Of a stretch of 64,000 nucleotides of DNA, positions 1-9,905 are shown piece after piece. The notes under the pieces are model-generated. The model saw nothing but the letters and a program-made list of their open reading frames with translations, did not search any database and was not told the origin of the DNA. Source of the stretch: an uncultured Verrucomicrobiae bacterium (GTDB taxonomy: Bacteria > Verrucomicrobiota > Verrucomicrobiia > Chthoniobacterales > UBA10450); contig CAVYXA010000001.1 in assembly GCA_963772365.1 (NCBI GenBank), positions 992,001 through 1,056,000 of the forward strand, written 5' to 3'. Each line of letters opens with the position of its first letter. Within the stretch, counting starts at the first letter, position 1. The position numbers and the translations under genes were made by a program.

Positions 1-2007
1 CCAGTGATGTTCAAAGGGTTGGCCATCTTGAAAGTCGAAATCGACCGCCCAAAAATCGATAAAGTCGAAGCCGCTTTTGATTGTGCGCTCGCGTAAAGCT
101 TCAAGTTCTTTGCTTGGGACTTCAGCCAATGATGGAAGAAACTTCGTTAACTTAATATCCACGCTTCCATCTTTTCGATTGATTGCCTCAGCTTCGAGCA
201 CGGCAACTTCCAGAAACGGCGGCGGACTTGTGCGATTCTTCTCCATGATCTCGCGCGGAATCGGAATCAATTTCATCTGCACGCCTTCGCTTGCTTCGAC
301 TTCGTGACAAGTCAGCCGCAAATCCATTTCGAAATCCCACGAAAGGCAGTGCGCTTCTTTCGAACCGGCTTCCCGCGCTGCTTTCGCAACTGCGCGCACT
401 TCGTCTTGCGTTAGCAAGCTGTCGATTCCATCGACATAAACGAGCGCGCGACCTTTGCGCCCGTGAAGATATTGAGTTGGATTCGGCAATAGTTCGGCCT
501 TGTAAAAACCGAGCACCACTTTTCGATGCTCGTCATCCGCGCCTTGCAGCCGTTCCTTCTGCCACCATTGGCGCTCGTAACGGCCGAGGTTGTAAACGTC
601 GAACGCGCGATAAGGCTGGCCTTCGTCATGCAGCTTGCGCTGTAGCTCGATCAAGCGCTTGCGGCTGGTGTGAATGGAGAACCGGCCGAGGTCGCACATA
701 ATCCAGCGACGTCCCAGCCGCTCGGCCACCGCGCCGGTCGTCCCGCTGCCGCCGAAGAAGTCGGCGACGAGATCGTCTGGGTTGCTGCTGGCTTTGATGA
801 TGCGTTCGAGAAGAGCTTCGGGTTTTTGAGTCGCGTAACCCATACTTTCCGTAGCCTGTGACTGCAACGTCATCATGTCAGTCCATAAGCTCGGCACTGG
901 CTTTCCTTCACTCACCTCATCCCAATACGACTTAGTCTGAATGCGTTGTTCTTTGGATTCTGGAAAGTAAAGCCGTCCCATCTTATCCAGTTCCAGCATC
1001 CTTTCTTTGGAAACCTTCCAGCCGTTTTGTGGCGGCTGATAGCCCTTATATTCGTAAATTAGATTCGGTCGCGGGTGAGGACTCGCAAAATTGCCGAGTC
1101 TAAAGCGTCGCCAACCAAGCGGTGCATCCTCACCTTTCTTTAACTTCTTGGTTTCCCCTGTTGGGGATTCCGCATAAACAAAGAAATCTTCAAGGTAGGT
1201 GTCTGATTGGGCCATCTTTGGGTCATTCCACGCGTAAGTTTTCGACTTGCCGTAAAACAGGATCGAGTCGTGAACGATTCCGTAACGACGTGGATCGTTA
1301 TGCGATGCAGTTCTTTGCCAGATGATTTCGTTGAGAAGATTTTCCCTTCCAAAAATATCGTTCATCACAAGACGAATGCTTGCGCTCACTTGCGTTCCGA
1401 CATGCACATAGATGCTTCCCTTTTCACTCAGTAACTCCTTCATCAGGGTGAGCCGCTCATACATCATGTGCAGATAGGAGTCGGTGCCTTTGCCCCACAT
1501 GTCGCGATAAGCAACCATCTCCAAAGTGGATTGATCTTTGCCGACCGTTTCCTTCTCGTCGCCGATCGGCACGTCCATCGTGAAATCCGCGCCGACATCG
1601 AATGGCGGGTCGATGTAGATGAGGTCGATGCGGCCTTTGAACTCGGCTAGCAGGCTGGCCATGACGAGCTTGTTGTCGCCCCAGATGAGCCGGTTGCGGA
1701 AATCGCCGTTCGCGCCATTTCCGCCGATGGACGGATTCGCCGTGGTGAACGTCTTCTTCGGATATTGGCCCGATTCCTCACGAATCTTTGCGCGTGTCTT
1801 TTCGAATAGTTCGATCTGACCTTCCGCTGCCGCGCGACTCCGCGGCTCGTCGATCGTCTCGATCTTCTGCATCGGCATCGCGCATCCCGCGATGTCCACA
1901 ACACGACGATTGCCGTACTCGTCATACTTGCCATCCCAAACCAGTTCCGTCTTAATTTGCGAGAGCGGATGCGGATTTGCTGGGCCGTAAGGCGGTTTCT
2001 CAGTCAT
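1..2007 (-). CDS. Site-specific N6-adenine DNA methyltransferase (beta class, type III R-M Mod-like), 3' end runs off the window
   Basis: Manual translation from ATG at 2007: [28 protein letters not shown]...LIWGDNK...[10 protein letters not shown] (motif IV)...[14 protein letters not shown]...[10 protein letters not shown] (motif I)...[19 protein letters not shown], still open at position 1. Absent from the ORF track because no stop lies in the window. Confidence 0.92.
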   Translation of the reverse strand, partial: MTEKPPYGPANPHPLSQIKTELVWDGKYDEYGNRRVVDIAGCAMPMQKIETIDEPRSRAAAEGQIELFEKTRAKIREESGQYPKKTFTTANPSIGGNGANGDFRNRLIWGDNKLVMASLLAEFKGRIDLIYIDPPFDVGADFTMDVPIGDEKETVGKDQSTLEMVAYRDMWGKGTDSYLHMMYERLTLMKELLSEKGSIYVHVGTQVSASIRLVMNDIFGRENLLNEIIWQRTASHNDPRRYGIVHDSILFYGKSKTYAWNDPKMAQSDTYLEDFFVYAESPTGETKKLKKGEDAPLGWRRFRLGNFASPHPRPNLIYEYKGYQPPQNGWKVSKERMLELDKMGRLYFPESKEQRIQTKSYWDEVSEGKPVPSLWTDMMTLQSQATESMGYATQKPEALLERIIKASSNPDDLVADFFGGSGTTGAVAERLGRRWIMCDLGRFSIHTSRKRLIELQRKLHDEGQPYRAFDVYNLGRYERQWWQKERLQGADDEHRKVVLGFYKAELLPNPTQYLHGRKGRALVYVDGIDSLLTQDEVRAVAKAAREAGSKEAHCLSWDFEMDLRLTCHEVEASEGVQMKLIPIPREIMEKNRTSPPPFLEVAVLEAEAINRKDGSVDIKLTKFLPSLAEVPSKELEALRERTIKSGFDFIDFWAVDFDFQDGQPFEHHW

Positions 2008-2339
2008 GTTCTGGCATAAAGCTTTGCGGCGGTATTCATCGATGCAACCAACGCGTTGCCTGTCTCCTCGCGTTGATCGCGTTTTACGGCGTCAGTGTTT
2101 CTATCCCAAAAGAACAAGGAACGCAGCATTCTTAGAGAATGAAGGTAGAAGGATAAATTAAGAAAGTGAGACGAGAATTCTTCGGCCGGGGGCATTTGTT
2201 GGGCGAAATCCTACGCAAAAGTTCTGAGATTGGGAGCGGAAAAAGTATCGTTCAACTCCAGTGCATCCGGGCCGGAGTGGTGGTGATTTATTTGCGTGGC
2301 AACGTGGCTGCGTTTGGGAAGCTGTCAGCTTCCCCTTCA

Positions 2340-2549
2340 GTAGCTACAGAAGCTGGACCGATTAATCGACAGCTTGTGATTGGAGCGGCGATTTTTGGAA
2401 TTGGGTGGGGTCGTAGCGGGTTTTGTCCGGGACCGTCGCTGGCGAATCTCGGCGCGCTGTGCGTTGAAGCGCTTGTATTTGTGCCAGCGATGGCGATCGG
2501 AATGTTAGTCGCGCAACGCTTTTTCGGTGCCGATGCCCGATCCGTCTAA
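2340..2549 (+). pseudogene. C-terminal fragment of a YeeE/YedE-like (sulfur transport) membrane protein
   Basis: INRQLVIGAAIFGIGWGRSGFCPGPSLA matches the C-terminal GxxxFGxGWGxxGxCPGP motif. The upstream part of ORF 2166..2549 is unrelated. Confidence 0.6.
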
Positions 2550-2576
2550 AGCCTCAAAGGCGAATGATACTCTGGC

Positions 2577-5500
2577 TTAGCTCGGTGCGCCAGCGGGCGC
2601 AGTGATCGCAGGCTGGCCCTTGGATTTGAGAGAATCATTCACTGCCGGCAAATCCTTGCTCAGGAATTGATCGAATTCCTTGGCAACGTCATCCAGCTCT
2701 TTTTTCAGCGTGTCGATGTAAGCAACCTGATAATCGCCGGGACGTCCTTCATAACTGAGCAGGGCGCCGTAAAGCTGATCGGTGTGCTCGCGAATACGCT
2801 CTTCGCCTGTGATCGCGCCGCCCTCGGTTGTGGCTACGATCTTCTTGCGAACGTTGTCGATCTTACCCTGAAAATCGGTGAGCGTTTTTCGCAATGGATC
2901 TTTTTGCGGCAAAGCAGCGACTCGTTTTACCAGTTCCGACCGCAAAGCCATGATCCGATCCATCAACGCGCTTTCATCACCGAACAACGCATGGACCCGC
3001 ATCGCCGCTTCATATTGCAGCTTGCGGTCGGCGGCATCGAATTTATCCCGCCGATCCAGACCGACCGTAAGTTTCGTCTCGTAAGTATTTCCCGCTTTCG
3101 TTAATCGCACGGTGTATTCGCCCGGCAACACTCGCGGCCCGCGCGTGCCGGCAAAAGCAATCTGCGCAGCAGGGGGAACACGCGGCGGTTTTTCGTGCAT
3201 GCTCCAAGTGACTCTATTTAGACCCGGCCGTTTGCTTGCCGGAAGATCATCGACAACGCGGCCGCTCGAATCCACCACTTCGATCTTCAACTTCCCGAAT
3301 AGATGCCTGGTGCGCTGATAATAATTAATGACCGCAGCGTCCGGTGGATTGTTGCCAACAAAAACAGCATCACCATTGGCCCAGCCACCTTGTGCTTCAA
3401 TCCGCTGTTGAGTGGGTCGACCTGCGACAAAAGCAATCTCCTTCGACATCAACTCCGGCGTCAGTTCGCGCCATGGAGAGATATCATCAATGATCCAGAT
3501 CCCGCGGCCATGGGTAGCGAGAACCAGGTCATTGTCGCGCGGGTGAATCGCGAGGTCGCGCACGGCGACGGCCGGGAAATGGCTACCCTTGAACTGGGCC
3601 CACTGCTTTCCGCCATCGATTGAAACCCAAAGACCAAATTCCGTTCCGAGGAAGAGCAGGTTCGGTGAAACAAGGTCTTCCTTGATCACATGCGCATAAC
3701 CGCGCACCCCTTTTGAGTCCTGCGGCGTGACCAACGGCGTCCACGTTTTGCCGTAATCGGTGGTGCGAAACACATACGGGGCCATGTCCCCATAAGTATG
3801 CCGATCGAACGCAGCGTAAGCCGTTCCCGCCTCAAAGTTGCTCGCCTGCACCCAGTTCACCCAGGAGTTTTTCGGCAGGCCCGGTACATTGCCAACGACA
3901 TTGGTCCAGGTTTTCCCATCGTCATGAGTGATTTGCAGGTTGCCATCATCGGTTCCGACCCAGATCAATCCTTTTTCCTTGGGCGATTCGCTGATGGAAT
4001 AAATCGTGGTGTGCATTTCCGCCGACGAGTTGTCGATCGTAACTCCGCCCGATTGTTCCTGTTTTTGTTTCTCCGGATCATTGGTGGTCAGGTCCGGCGA
4101 GATGCGGTCCCAGCTCTGGCCGTGGTCACGCGAGCGAAATAGAAATTGTGCTCCGATGTAGATCGTTCCCTTTTCGTTGGGCGACAGCGCAATCGGTGTA
4201 TTCCAGTTGAAGCGCAGCTTCTCATTCAAGCCGGGAGTCGGTTGAATCGTGCGCGAATCATGCGTGTAACGATTAACTCGCCCGATGTTCCCGCCCTGAT
4301 ACTCCGCATAAATGTAATCGGGATCAGCCGGATCGGGGAACATCCAGAAACCGTCGCCATTAAACATGTTTTCCCAGCGCGAGTTTGTTATGCCGCCGGG
4401 ATATTGCGAATCGCCGACCCAGGATGCGTTATCCTGCAAACCGCCATAGACATGATACGGATCCGCATCGTCGAGACTTACGTGATAAAACTGCGAGATG
4501 GGCAGGTTCTCACCTTTCCACCATTTGGTGCCGCCGTTGTAGGAATACCACATGCCGCCATCATCGACGGAAAAAACTGTCTGCGGATTGGTCGGATCGA
4601 TCCAAACATCATGGACGTCGCCATGCGTGCCTTGAAAACCGCCCACTACCGAAAAGCTTTTCCCCCCGTCCTCACTCAAGATCAGCGAGCCATCCGTTTT
4701 AAACACGCGGTCCGGATTTTTAGGATCGACAATCAGATTGGCAAAATAGAAGGGCCGCCAAACCATCCAGTTGCTCTTATCGCGCTTGTCCCAGGTCGCC
4801 CCGCCGTCATTGGAAACAAACAGCGCGCTGTCGGGCGATTCGACAAAGCAATAAACCCGTTTTGCATTCGAAGGCGCGATCGCGACTGCCAAACGTCCAT
4901 ACGGCTTCTTCGGGAAACCTTTGTTTTTGTCCGGGGTAATTTCGGTCCAAGTTTTGCCGCCATCAGACGAACGAAAGAAACCGCTGGCCGACGGTTTATC
5001 GGGTCCGTTGCCGCCTGAACGATAACCCCATCCGGTCCTACGGAAATCCCACATGCAGGCAAAAATGACATCGGCGTTCACCGGATCGAGCGCGATCGAA
5101 CTGCAGCCCGTTGAAAGATTGGCTCCTTTTAGAACAAGATTCCATGTCTTGCCGCCATCCGTTGTCTTATAAAGACCGCGGTCCGGCGAATCGCTCCAGA
5201 GCGGGCCAGGAACGGCTGCAAAAACGATGTCGCTGTTTTTTGGACTAACGATGATCTTCGAGATCCGCTCCGATTTATCCAGACCCATGTGCATCCAAGT
5301 CTCGCCATTATCGGTCGATTTGTAGATCCCATCGCCAATTGAGACGGTGTTTCGGGTCCACGATTCACCCGTGCCGACCCAGACGTTCTTGGAATCTTTC
5401 GGATCGATGGCGACAGCGCCGATGGATTGGACCGGTTGCTCGTCGAAGACGGAGCGATAACGGGTTCCCGCATCCTCCGATTTCCATACGCCGCCGCTGG

Positions 5501-5723
5501 CCGCGCCGATGAAGATGGCGATTTTGCCTGACGGTTCCCGCTTTCCGGCAATCGCCGCGATACGACCACTCATTGCAGCCGATCCAATATTGCGCGCGCC
5601 GAGTCCGGAAATGGTGGCGTAGTTAAATGGAGGTTGCTTCGACTCGGCAGCAAACGCAGCGGAACAGGTTACCGCAAATAAGTGGAAAACGACCAGTGAA
5701 CGCGTTGGTAAAGAAAGTCGCAT
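2577..5723 (-). CDS. Secreted VPS10/sortilin-like BNR (Asp-box) repeat beta-propeller protein
   Basis: Signal peptide, GARNIGSAAMSGRI motif, many SxDxGxTW repeats, GGLQDNASW motif. Confidence 0.9.
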   Translation of the reverse strand: MRLSLPTRSLVVFHLFAVTCSAAFAAESKQPPFNYATISGLGARNIGSAAMSGRIAAIAGKREPSGKIAIFIGAASGGVWKSEDAGTRYRSVFDEQPVQSIGAVAIDPKDSKNVWVGTGESWTRNTVSIGDGIYKSTDNGETWMHMGLDKSERISKIIVSPKNSDIVFAAVPGPLWSDSPDRGLYKTTDGGKTWNLVLKGANLSTGCSSIALDPVNADVIFACMWDFRRTGWGYRSGGNGPDKPSASGFFRSSDGGKTWTEITPDKNKGFPKKPYGRLAVAIAPSNAKRVYCFVESPDSALFVSNDGGATWDKRDKSNWMVWRPFYFANLIVDPKNPDRVFKTDGSLILSEDGGKSFSVVGGFQGTHGDVHDVWIDPTNPQTVFSVDDGGMWYSYNGGTKWWKGENLPISQFYHVSLDDADPYHVYGGLQDNASWVGDSQYPGGITNSRWENMFNGDGFWMFPDPADPDYIYAEYQGGNIGRVNRYTHDSRTIQPTPGLNEKLRFNWNTPIALSPNEKGTIYIGAQFLFRSRDHGQSWDRISPDLTTNDPEKQKQEQSGGVTIDNSSAEMHTTIYSISESPKEKGLIWVGTDDGNLQITHDDGKTWTNVVGNVPGLPKNSWVNWVQASNFEAGTAYAAFDRHTYGDMAPYVFRTTDYGKTWTPLVTPQDSKGVRGYAHVIKEDLVSPNLLFLGTEFGLWVSIDGGKQWAQFKGSHFPAVAVRDLAIHPRDNDLVLATHGRGIWIIDDISPWRELTPELMSKEIAFVAGRPTQQRIEAQGGWANGDAVFVGNNPPDAAVINYYQRTRHLFGKLKIEVVDSSGRVVDDLPASKRPGLNRVTWSMHEKPPRVPPAAQIAFAGTRGPRVLPGEYTVRLTKAGNTYETKLTVGLDRRDKFDAADRKLQYEAAMRVHALFGDESALMDRIMALRSELVKRVAALPQKDPLRKTLTDFQGKIDNVRKKIVATTEGGAITGEERIREHTDQLYGALLSYEGRPGDYQVAYIDTLKKELDDVAKEFDQFLSKDLPAVNDSLKSKGQPAITAPAGAPS

Positions 5724-5734
5724 GATGAAATTAT

Positions 5735-6484
5735 TTATTTCGAAACTGGAAAACGGAAGGCGGCATCCTCTACGGGGACATTGGCCTCTGCTTTTTCGAG
5801 AATGACCTTCGCTTTGTCGGGATCGTTTTTGGAACCCGTTTCAATCGAGAACGGGAAATAAACACCGTTAACTTTTTCGTAATCGCCCAAATCCTTTTCT
5901 TCTTCCACCTGGGCGCCGTGCTCTATTCGCTGAGTCAGGACGCGGATTTCCAGGAAGTAATCAGGATCCAGGTAAACATAACTGACGTCTCCATTTTTGC
6001 GCACGACCCGCAGTTTGTGCGCTTGGGTACCATCGACATCTTCTGTCCCCAGATACGTGACGGTGCTGCCTTTGGCTTTCCAATCCACCAATGGACCGCC
6101 GATCTCGGCATCTTCACTCAATTCTTTGGCATCGTCGGCTGACATCCTTTCCGGATCCCTGCGGCCTTGAAATGGCGAGACTCGCCAGGCTTCTTTTCCA
6201 TTGTAAGCCTGAATCTGGGTCATTCCCTGGATGGATGCTTCGATGCGCAGTTCATCGGGACGCTTTTTTGTTTCGACGTAACCAAGTTGAATTTTTCCCT
6301 GATTAACTAGAAGCTTCCCGCTCATTCGAAGCGATTTGATCGCCTGCAGCGCAGTCGCGCCCCCTTTGGCTTCGATATTCTTCGCCACCAGCTCATCTAC
6401 CGTGAATTTCTTTTGCTCCGGCGCAGCTGCGAGGCTCATTGCGGAGACAATAACAACAGCGAGAAAAACTGGTCGCAGATTCAT
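5735..6484 (-). CDS. Outer-membrane lipoprotein-sorting (LolA-like fold) periplasmic protein
   Basis: Signal peptide from MNLRPVFL, then TVDELVAKNIEAKGG...YLGTEDVDG...DYEKVNGVYFPF. Directly upstream of the VPS10 gene. Confidence 0.7.
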   Translation of the reverse strand: MNLRPVFLAVVIVSAMSLAAAPEQKKFTVDELVAKNIEAKGGATALQAIKSLRMSGKLLVNQGKIQLGYVETKKRPDELRIEASIQGMTQIQAYNGKEAWRVSPFQGRRDPERMSADDAKELSEDAEIGGPLVDWKAKGSTVTYLGTEDVDGTQAHKLRVVRKNGDVSYVYLDPDYFLEIRVLTQRIEHGAQVEEEKDLGDYEKVNGVYFPFSIETGSKNDPDKAKVILEKAEANVPVEDAAFRFPVSK

Positions 6485-6612
6485 GTTCGGGTGTGCGGTG
6501 ACAGATACCGGCTCTTTAAGGTCTTGCAAACCAATTTGCGCTCACCAAAGATAATCGCGACTGCTGACGACATAAAGGGTCTTCACACTAGAATTAGTCG
6601 CATAAACAGGCT

Positions 6613-6694
6613 TGTCATGTTGAGCGCAGCGAAACATCTCATTCTATTTCTCTGCAGAAATGATCGGAGATTCTTCGCTTCGCTCAGAATGACA
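6613..6694. repeat. Palindromic REP-like element, family A (TGTCAT.YTGAGC..AGCGAA ... TTCGCTTCGCTCA..ATGACA)
   Basis: Inverted arms TGTCATGTTGAGCGCAGCGAAACATCTC and GAGATTCTTCGCTTCGCTCAGAATGACA. The family recurs across the window. Confidence 0.85.
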
Positions 6695-6839
6695 TTTATG
6701 AGATACGTCGGTGGATTCTCGCTGCTTTTCTAATCCCGCTCTGAACCCCGGCTCGCGGCATGAATACCGCTTCACAGGTCTCGATCTTGCTCGACACTTC
6801 GAGCAATGTTTTGCTGAATGCGATTCTGAGATTAGACCA

Positions 6840-8666
6840 ATGCCAATGCCAGATTCTGAAAAAGTCCAGGCCGCGTGGGCGGCCGTCACGAAAAAGATTG
6901 AAGGCCAAGCCTCAACCAGCGGCAGAAGAGTTGCGATTAAGAGCGATTCGGCAGAGCTGACCCATTCACAGCTCGAAGCACAAGCAAATCAGCTTGCGCA
7001 TCATCTCCGGACTCTGGGCGCGCAAAAGGAGGTTTTGATCGGAATTTGTCTGGAGCGATCGCCTCGTTTTATTTCTACCGCACTCGCTATTCTAAAATCC
7101 GGTGCGGCATATCTCCCGATCGATCCTCGCGATCCAGCGGAACGATTGAAATTCATTGCCAGGGACGCCGCAGTGAAGTTGATCATTACAGATCGACAGT
7201 TCGCGGAGCTTTTTGAGGGTTCCGGCGCAAAAGTCGTCAGTCTCGATGCGGAGCAGAGCACGGTTGCTCAATGCTCAACGGAAGCACTGGAGACAGATAT
7301 TCGACCGGAGGACCTCGCCTACGTGATTTATACATCCGGTTCAACGGGACAACCCAAGGGCGTTGAAATCACACATCGAAATCTCGCAAACCTGGTCGCG
7401 TGGCATGTCCGGGCCTTTCATGTCGATGTTTCCACGCGAGCTACGTTTCAGGCAGGCGTCGGATTCGATGCGGCTGTCTGGGAAATCTGGCCGCACCTTT
7501 CAGCCGGAGCCACAATTTATTTACCTGGTGAATCGACGCGCATGGACGCCGCAGCCCTGCGCGACTGGCTGGTTTCAAATCAAATCACTCTGAGTTTTGT
7601 GCCAACCGCAATCGCCGAACAGTTGCTGGGATTAACCTGGCCGGAAAAAGCTTCTTTGAAATTCCTACTCACTGGCGCCGATACTCTCCATCGGTTTCCC
7701 CCACCCGATCTCCCATTCGCATTCCTAAACAACTACGGCCCTACCGAGTGCACCGTCGTAACTACATCCGGTATTATCCCGCCCTGTTCCAAACCTGATG
7801 GTCTGCCATCCATCGGAGCGCCTATTGAGAATGTTCACGTCAGGATCGTGGACAAGCAATTGCGTGAAGTTCCTGATGGAGATTCCGGCGAAATCTGGAT
7901 CGGCGGCGCAGGCGTTGGGCGCGGGTACCGCAACCGGCCCGAGTTAATGGCAGAAAAGTTTATTGATAACAGCGGCTCGCGATTTTACCGGACCGGCGAT
8001 CTCGGGCGGCGCCTGCCGAATGGGGAGATTGCATTTCTGGGACGCGTTGACGATCAGGTAAAAATTCGCGGGTACCGAGTTGAGCTCGGCGAGATCAATG
8101 CCGTTCTCAATGAACATCCGACTGTTCGCGCGAGCGTTGTAATTCCTCGCGAAGATGTTCCGGGAGAGAAACGCCTCGTCGCCTATGTCGTCTCGGCCAG
8201 CTGTGGAGGGCGCGATCAGCAATGTTTGCGCGAGTGGATTCGAGAACGATTGCCCGATTACATGGAGCCTGCGGCGTTTGTTTGGATGGAGTCGCTGCCA
8301 CTAACTTCAAATGGTAAAATCGATCGCGCGGCATTACCGGTTCCGCAGCTCGATGCAAATGAGAACGAAAGGGAATTCGTCGCGGCCCGGAATCCGATTG
8401 AAGAAGCGCTGGTAGAAATTATCGGCGACGTGTTAAAGGTTCCACGTGTCAGTGTGCACGACGATTTCTTCCAGCTTGGGGCACATTCTCTTCTCGGCGC
8501 CCAAATCGTCGCTCACGTCCGTAATGTTTTCGGCGCGGAGCTAAAGCTGTTGGATGTGTTTGATGCACCGACGGTTGCCCAGCTTTCGGTGCGGGTGGAA
8601 CGCGCATTGACAAATCAGACGAACGGAAACAGTGAAACGCAGCCGGCCCATGCCGCGCTGAATTGA
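6840..8666 (+). CDS. NRPS loading module A-T (predicted Leu)
   Basis: YTSGSTGQPKG, YGPTE, YRTGD, QVKIRGYRVELGEI, NGKIDR, and PCP motif FFQLGAHSLL. Manual specificity code DAWFLGNVVK. Start taken at ATG 6840 (ORF track start 6711). Confidence 0.92.
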   Translation: MPMPDSEKVQAAWAAVTKKIEGQASTSGRRVAIKSDSAELTHSQLEAQANQLAHHLRTLGAQKEVLIGICLERSPRFISTALAILKSGAAYLPIDPRDPAERLKFIARDAAVKLIITDRQFAELFEGSGAKVVSLDAEQSTVAQCSTEALETDIRPEDLAYVIYTSGSTGQPKGVEITHRNLANLVAWHVRAFHVDVSTRATFQAGVGFDAAVWEIWPHLSAGATIYLPGESTRMDAAALRDWLVSNQITLSFVPTAIAEQLLGLTWPEKASLKFLLTGADTLHRFPPPDLPFAFLNNYGPTECTVVTTSGIIPPCSKPDGLPSIGAPIENVHVRIVDKQLREVPDGDSGEIWIGGAGVGRGYRNRPELMAEKFIDNSGSRFYRTGDLGRRLPNGEIAFLGRVDDQVKIRGYRVELGEINAVLNEHPTVRASVVIPREDVPGEKRLVAYVVSASCGGRDQQCLREWIRERLPDYMEPAAFVWMESLPLTSNGKIDRAALPVPQLDANENEREFVAARNPIEEALVEIIGDVLKVPRVSVHDDFFQLGAHSLLGAQIVAHVRNVFGAELKLLDVFDAPTVAQLSVRVERALTNQTNGNSETQPAHAALN

Positions 8667-8681
8667 AACTGGCAGAGCGTA

Positions 8682-9905
8682 ATGGTCACATCAGATGCGA
8701 GCCTGAGTCTCGTTCGATTGCTAGAACAGGAGGTCCTGGCGGACCCTTATCCGCTGTATCGCAGATTGCGTTCGGAAGATCCGGTGCATTGGGACCGTTT
8801 CCTCCAAACCTGGGTCGTCACTCGCTACACCGACGTCATAAACGTCCTGGGCTCTTTTTCCGCCGACCGGACACCAACGCCGGAGCAGCTGTCAACAATG
8901 GGTCTTTCGGCGTTAAACCCAATCGCGAAAGTAATGGTAAAACAGATGTTATTTATGGATGCGCCGGCGCATACTCGATTGCGCGGCCTGGCATCGGCTG
9001 CCTTTACTCCCCAGCGAGTCGCGGCATTGCGTTCACATATTCAAGAGATTGCCGATAATTTGCTCGACAGCGTCCAGGCGCGCGGGCACATGGATGTGAT
9101 TGCCGATTTTGCCGCGCCATTGCCGGCAATTGTCACGGCGGAAATGCTCGGGGTTCCGACCGAAGATCATGTCGATCTTAAAAAGTGGTCGGCTGATTTC
9201 GCCGAAATGCTCGGCAATTTTCAACACAATCCCGATCGCGTCTCGCGCGTCCTGGTAAGCACCAACAGTCTGGTCAATTATTTCCAAAACGCGATCCGCA
9301 AAATGCGAGATCATCCGCAGGAAGGTCTAATCTACTCGTTCATGACCGCGGAAATTAACGGTGACCGCTTAACCGAGGAGGAGATTGTGGCCAATTGCAT
9401 CGTGACAATGGTCGGTGGCCAGGAAACAACAACAAACCTGATTGGCAATGGACTGCTCACGCTACTTCGCAATCGCGAGCAGCTCGAGCAGCTCCGAGAC
9501 ACGCCGCAGTTACTTCAATCCGGTCTGGAAGAGTTGCTGCGTTACGAGAGTCCAAGCCAGCACACCGGTCGCATCGCACGTCAGGATGTCGAGCTCGGTG
9601 GAAAAACGATCCGCAAAGGACAGGCAGTGATGGCGATCATGGCTGCCGCGAATCGCGATCCGGAGCGATTTCCCGAACCGGATCGTCTCATTCTCGACCG
9701 CTCCGACAACAAACATGTGGCGTTTGGCTGGTCGAGTCACTTTTGTTTCGGCGCACCGCTGGCCCGTATCGAAGGACAAATTTCATTTGCAACCATTTTG
9801 CGACGCCTGAAAAATCTGGCGCTCGCGCCCGGACCATTGATCTGGCGGGAGAATTCTGGTCTTCGCGGCCTCACAGCATTGCCGATCACGTTTTCAAAAA
9901 ACTAG
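8682..9905 (+). CDS. Cytochrome P450
   Basis: I-helix GGQETT, ExxR (ELLR), AANRDP and heme-ligand motif FGWSSHFCFG. Confidence 0.95.
   Translation: MVTSDASLSLVRLLEQEVLADPYPLYRRLRSEDPVHWDRFLQTWVVTRYTDVINVLGSFSADRTPTPEQLSTMGLSALNPIAKVMVKQMLFMDAPAHTRLRGLASAAFTPQRVAALRSHIQEIADNLLDSVQARGHMDVIADFAAPLPAIVTAEMLGVPTEDHVDLKKWSADFAEMLGNFQHNPDRVSRVLVSTNSLVNYFQNAIRKMRDHPQEGLIYSFMTAEINGDRLTEEEIVANCIVTMVGGQETTTNLIGNGLLTLLRNREQLEQLRDTPQLLQSGLEELLRYESPSQHTGRIARQDVELGGKTIRKGQAVMAIMAAANRDPERFPEPDRLILDRSDNKHVAFGWSSHFCFGAPLARIEGQISFATILRRLKNLALAPGPLIWRENSGLRGLTALPITFSKN

Noticed and set aside
77..1934. Many short ORFs in the track across 77-1934
   Set aside because: They are antisense or off-frame shadows of the long minus-strand methyltransferase.
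2004..2195. Small ORF whose stop overlaps the methyltransferase start (possible controller protein)
   Set aside because: No HTH or other motif. The ATGA overlap alone is not enough support.
6756..6771. Possible sigma54 -24/-12 site (GGCAT-N7-GC) upstream of the NRPS
   Set aside because: GG-N10-GC spacing fits, but the conserved TTGC is replaced by CCGC. Too weak to call.
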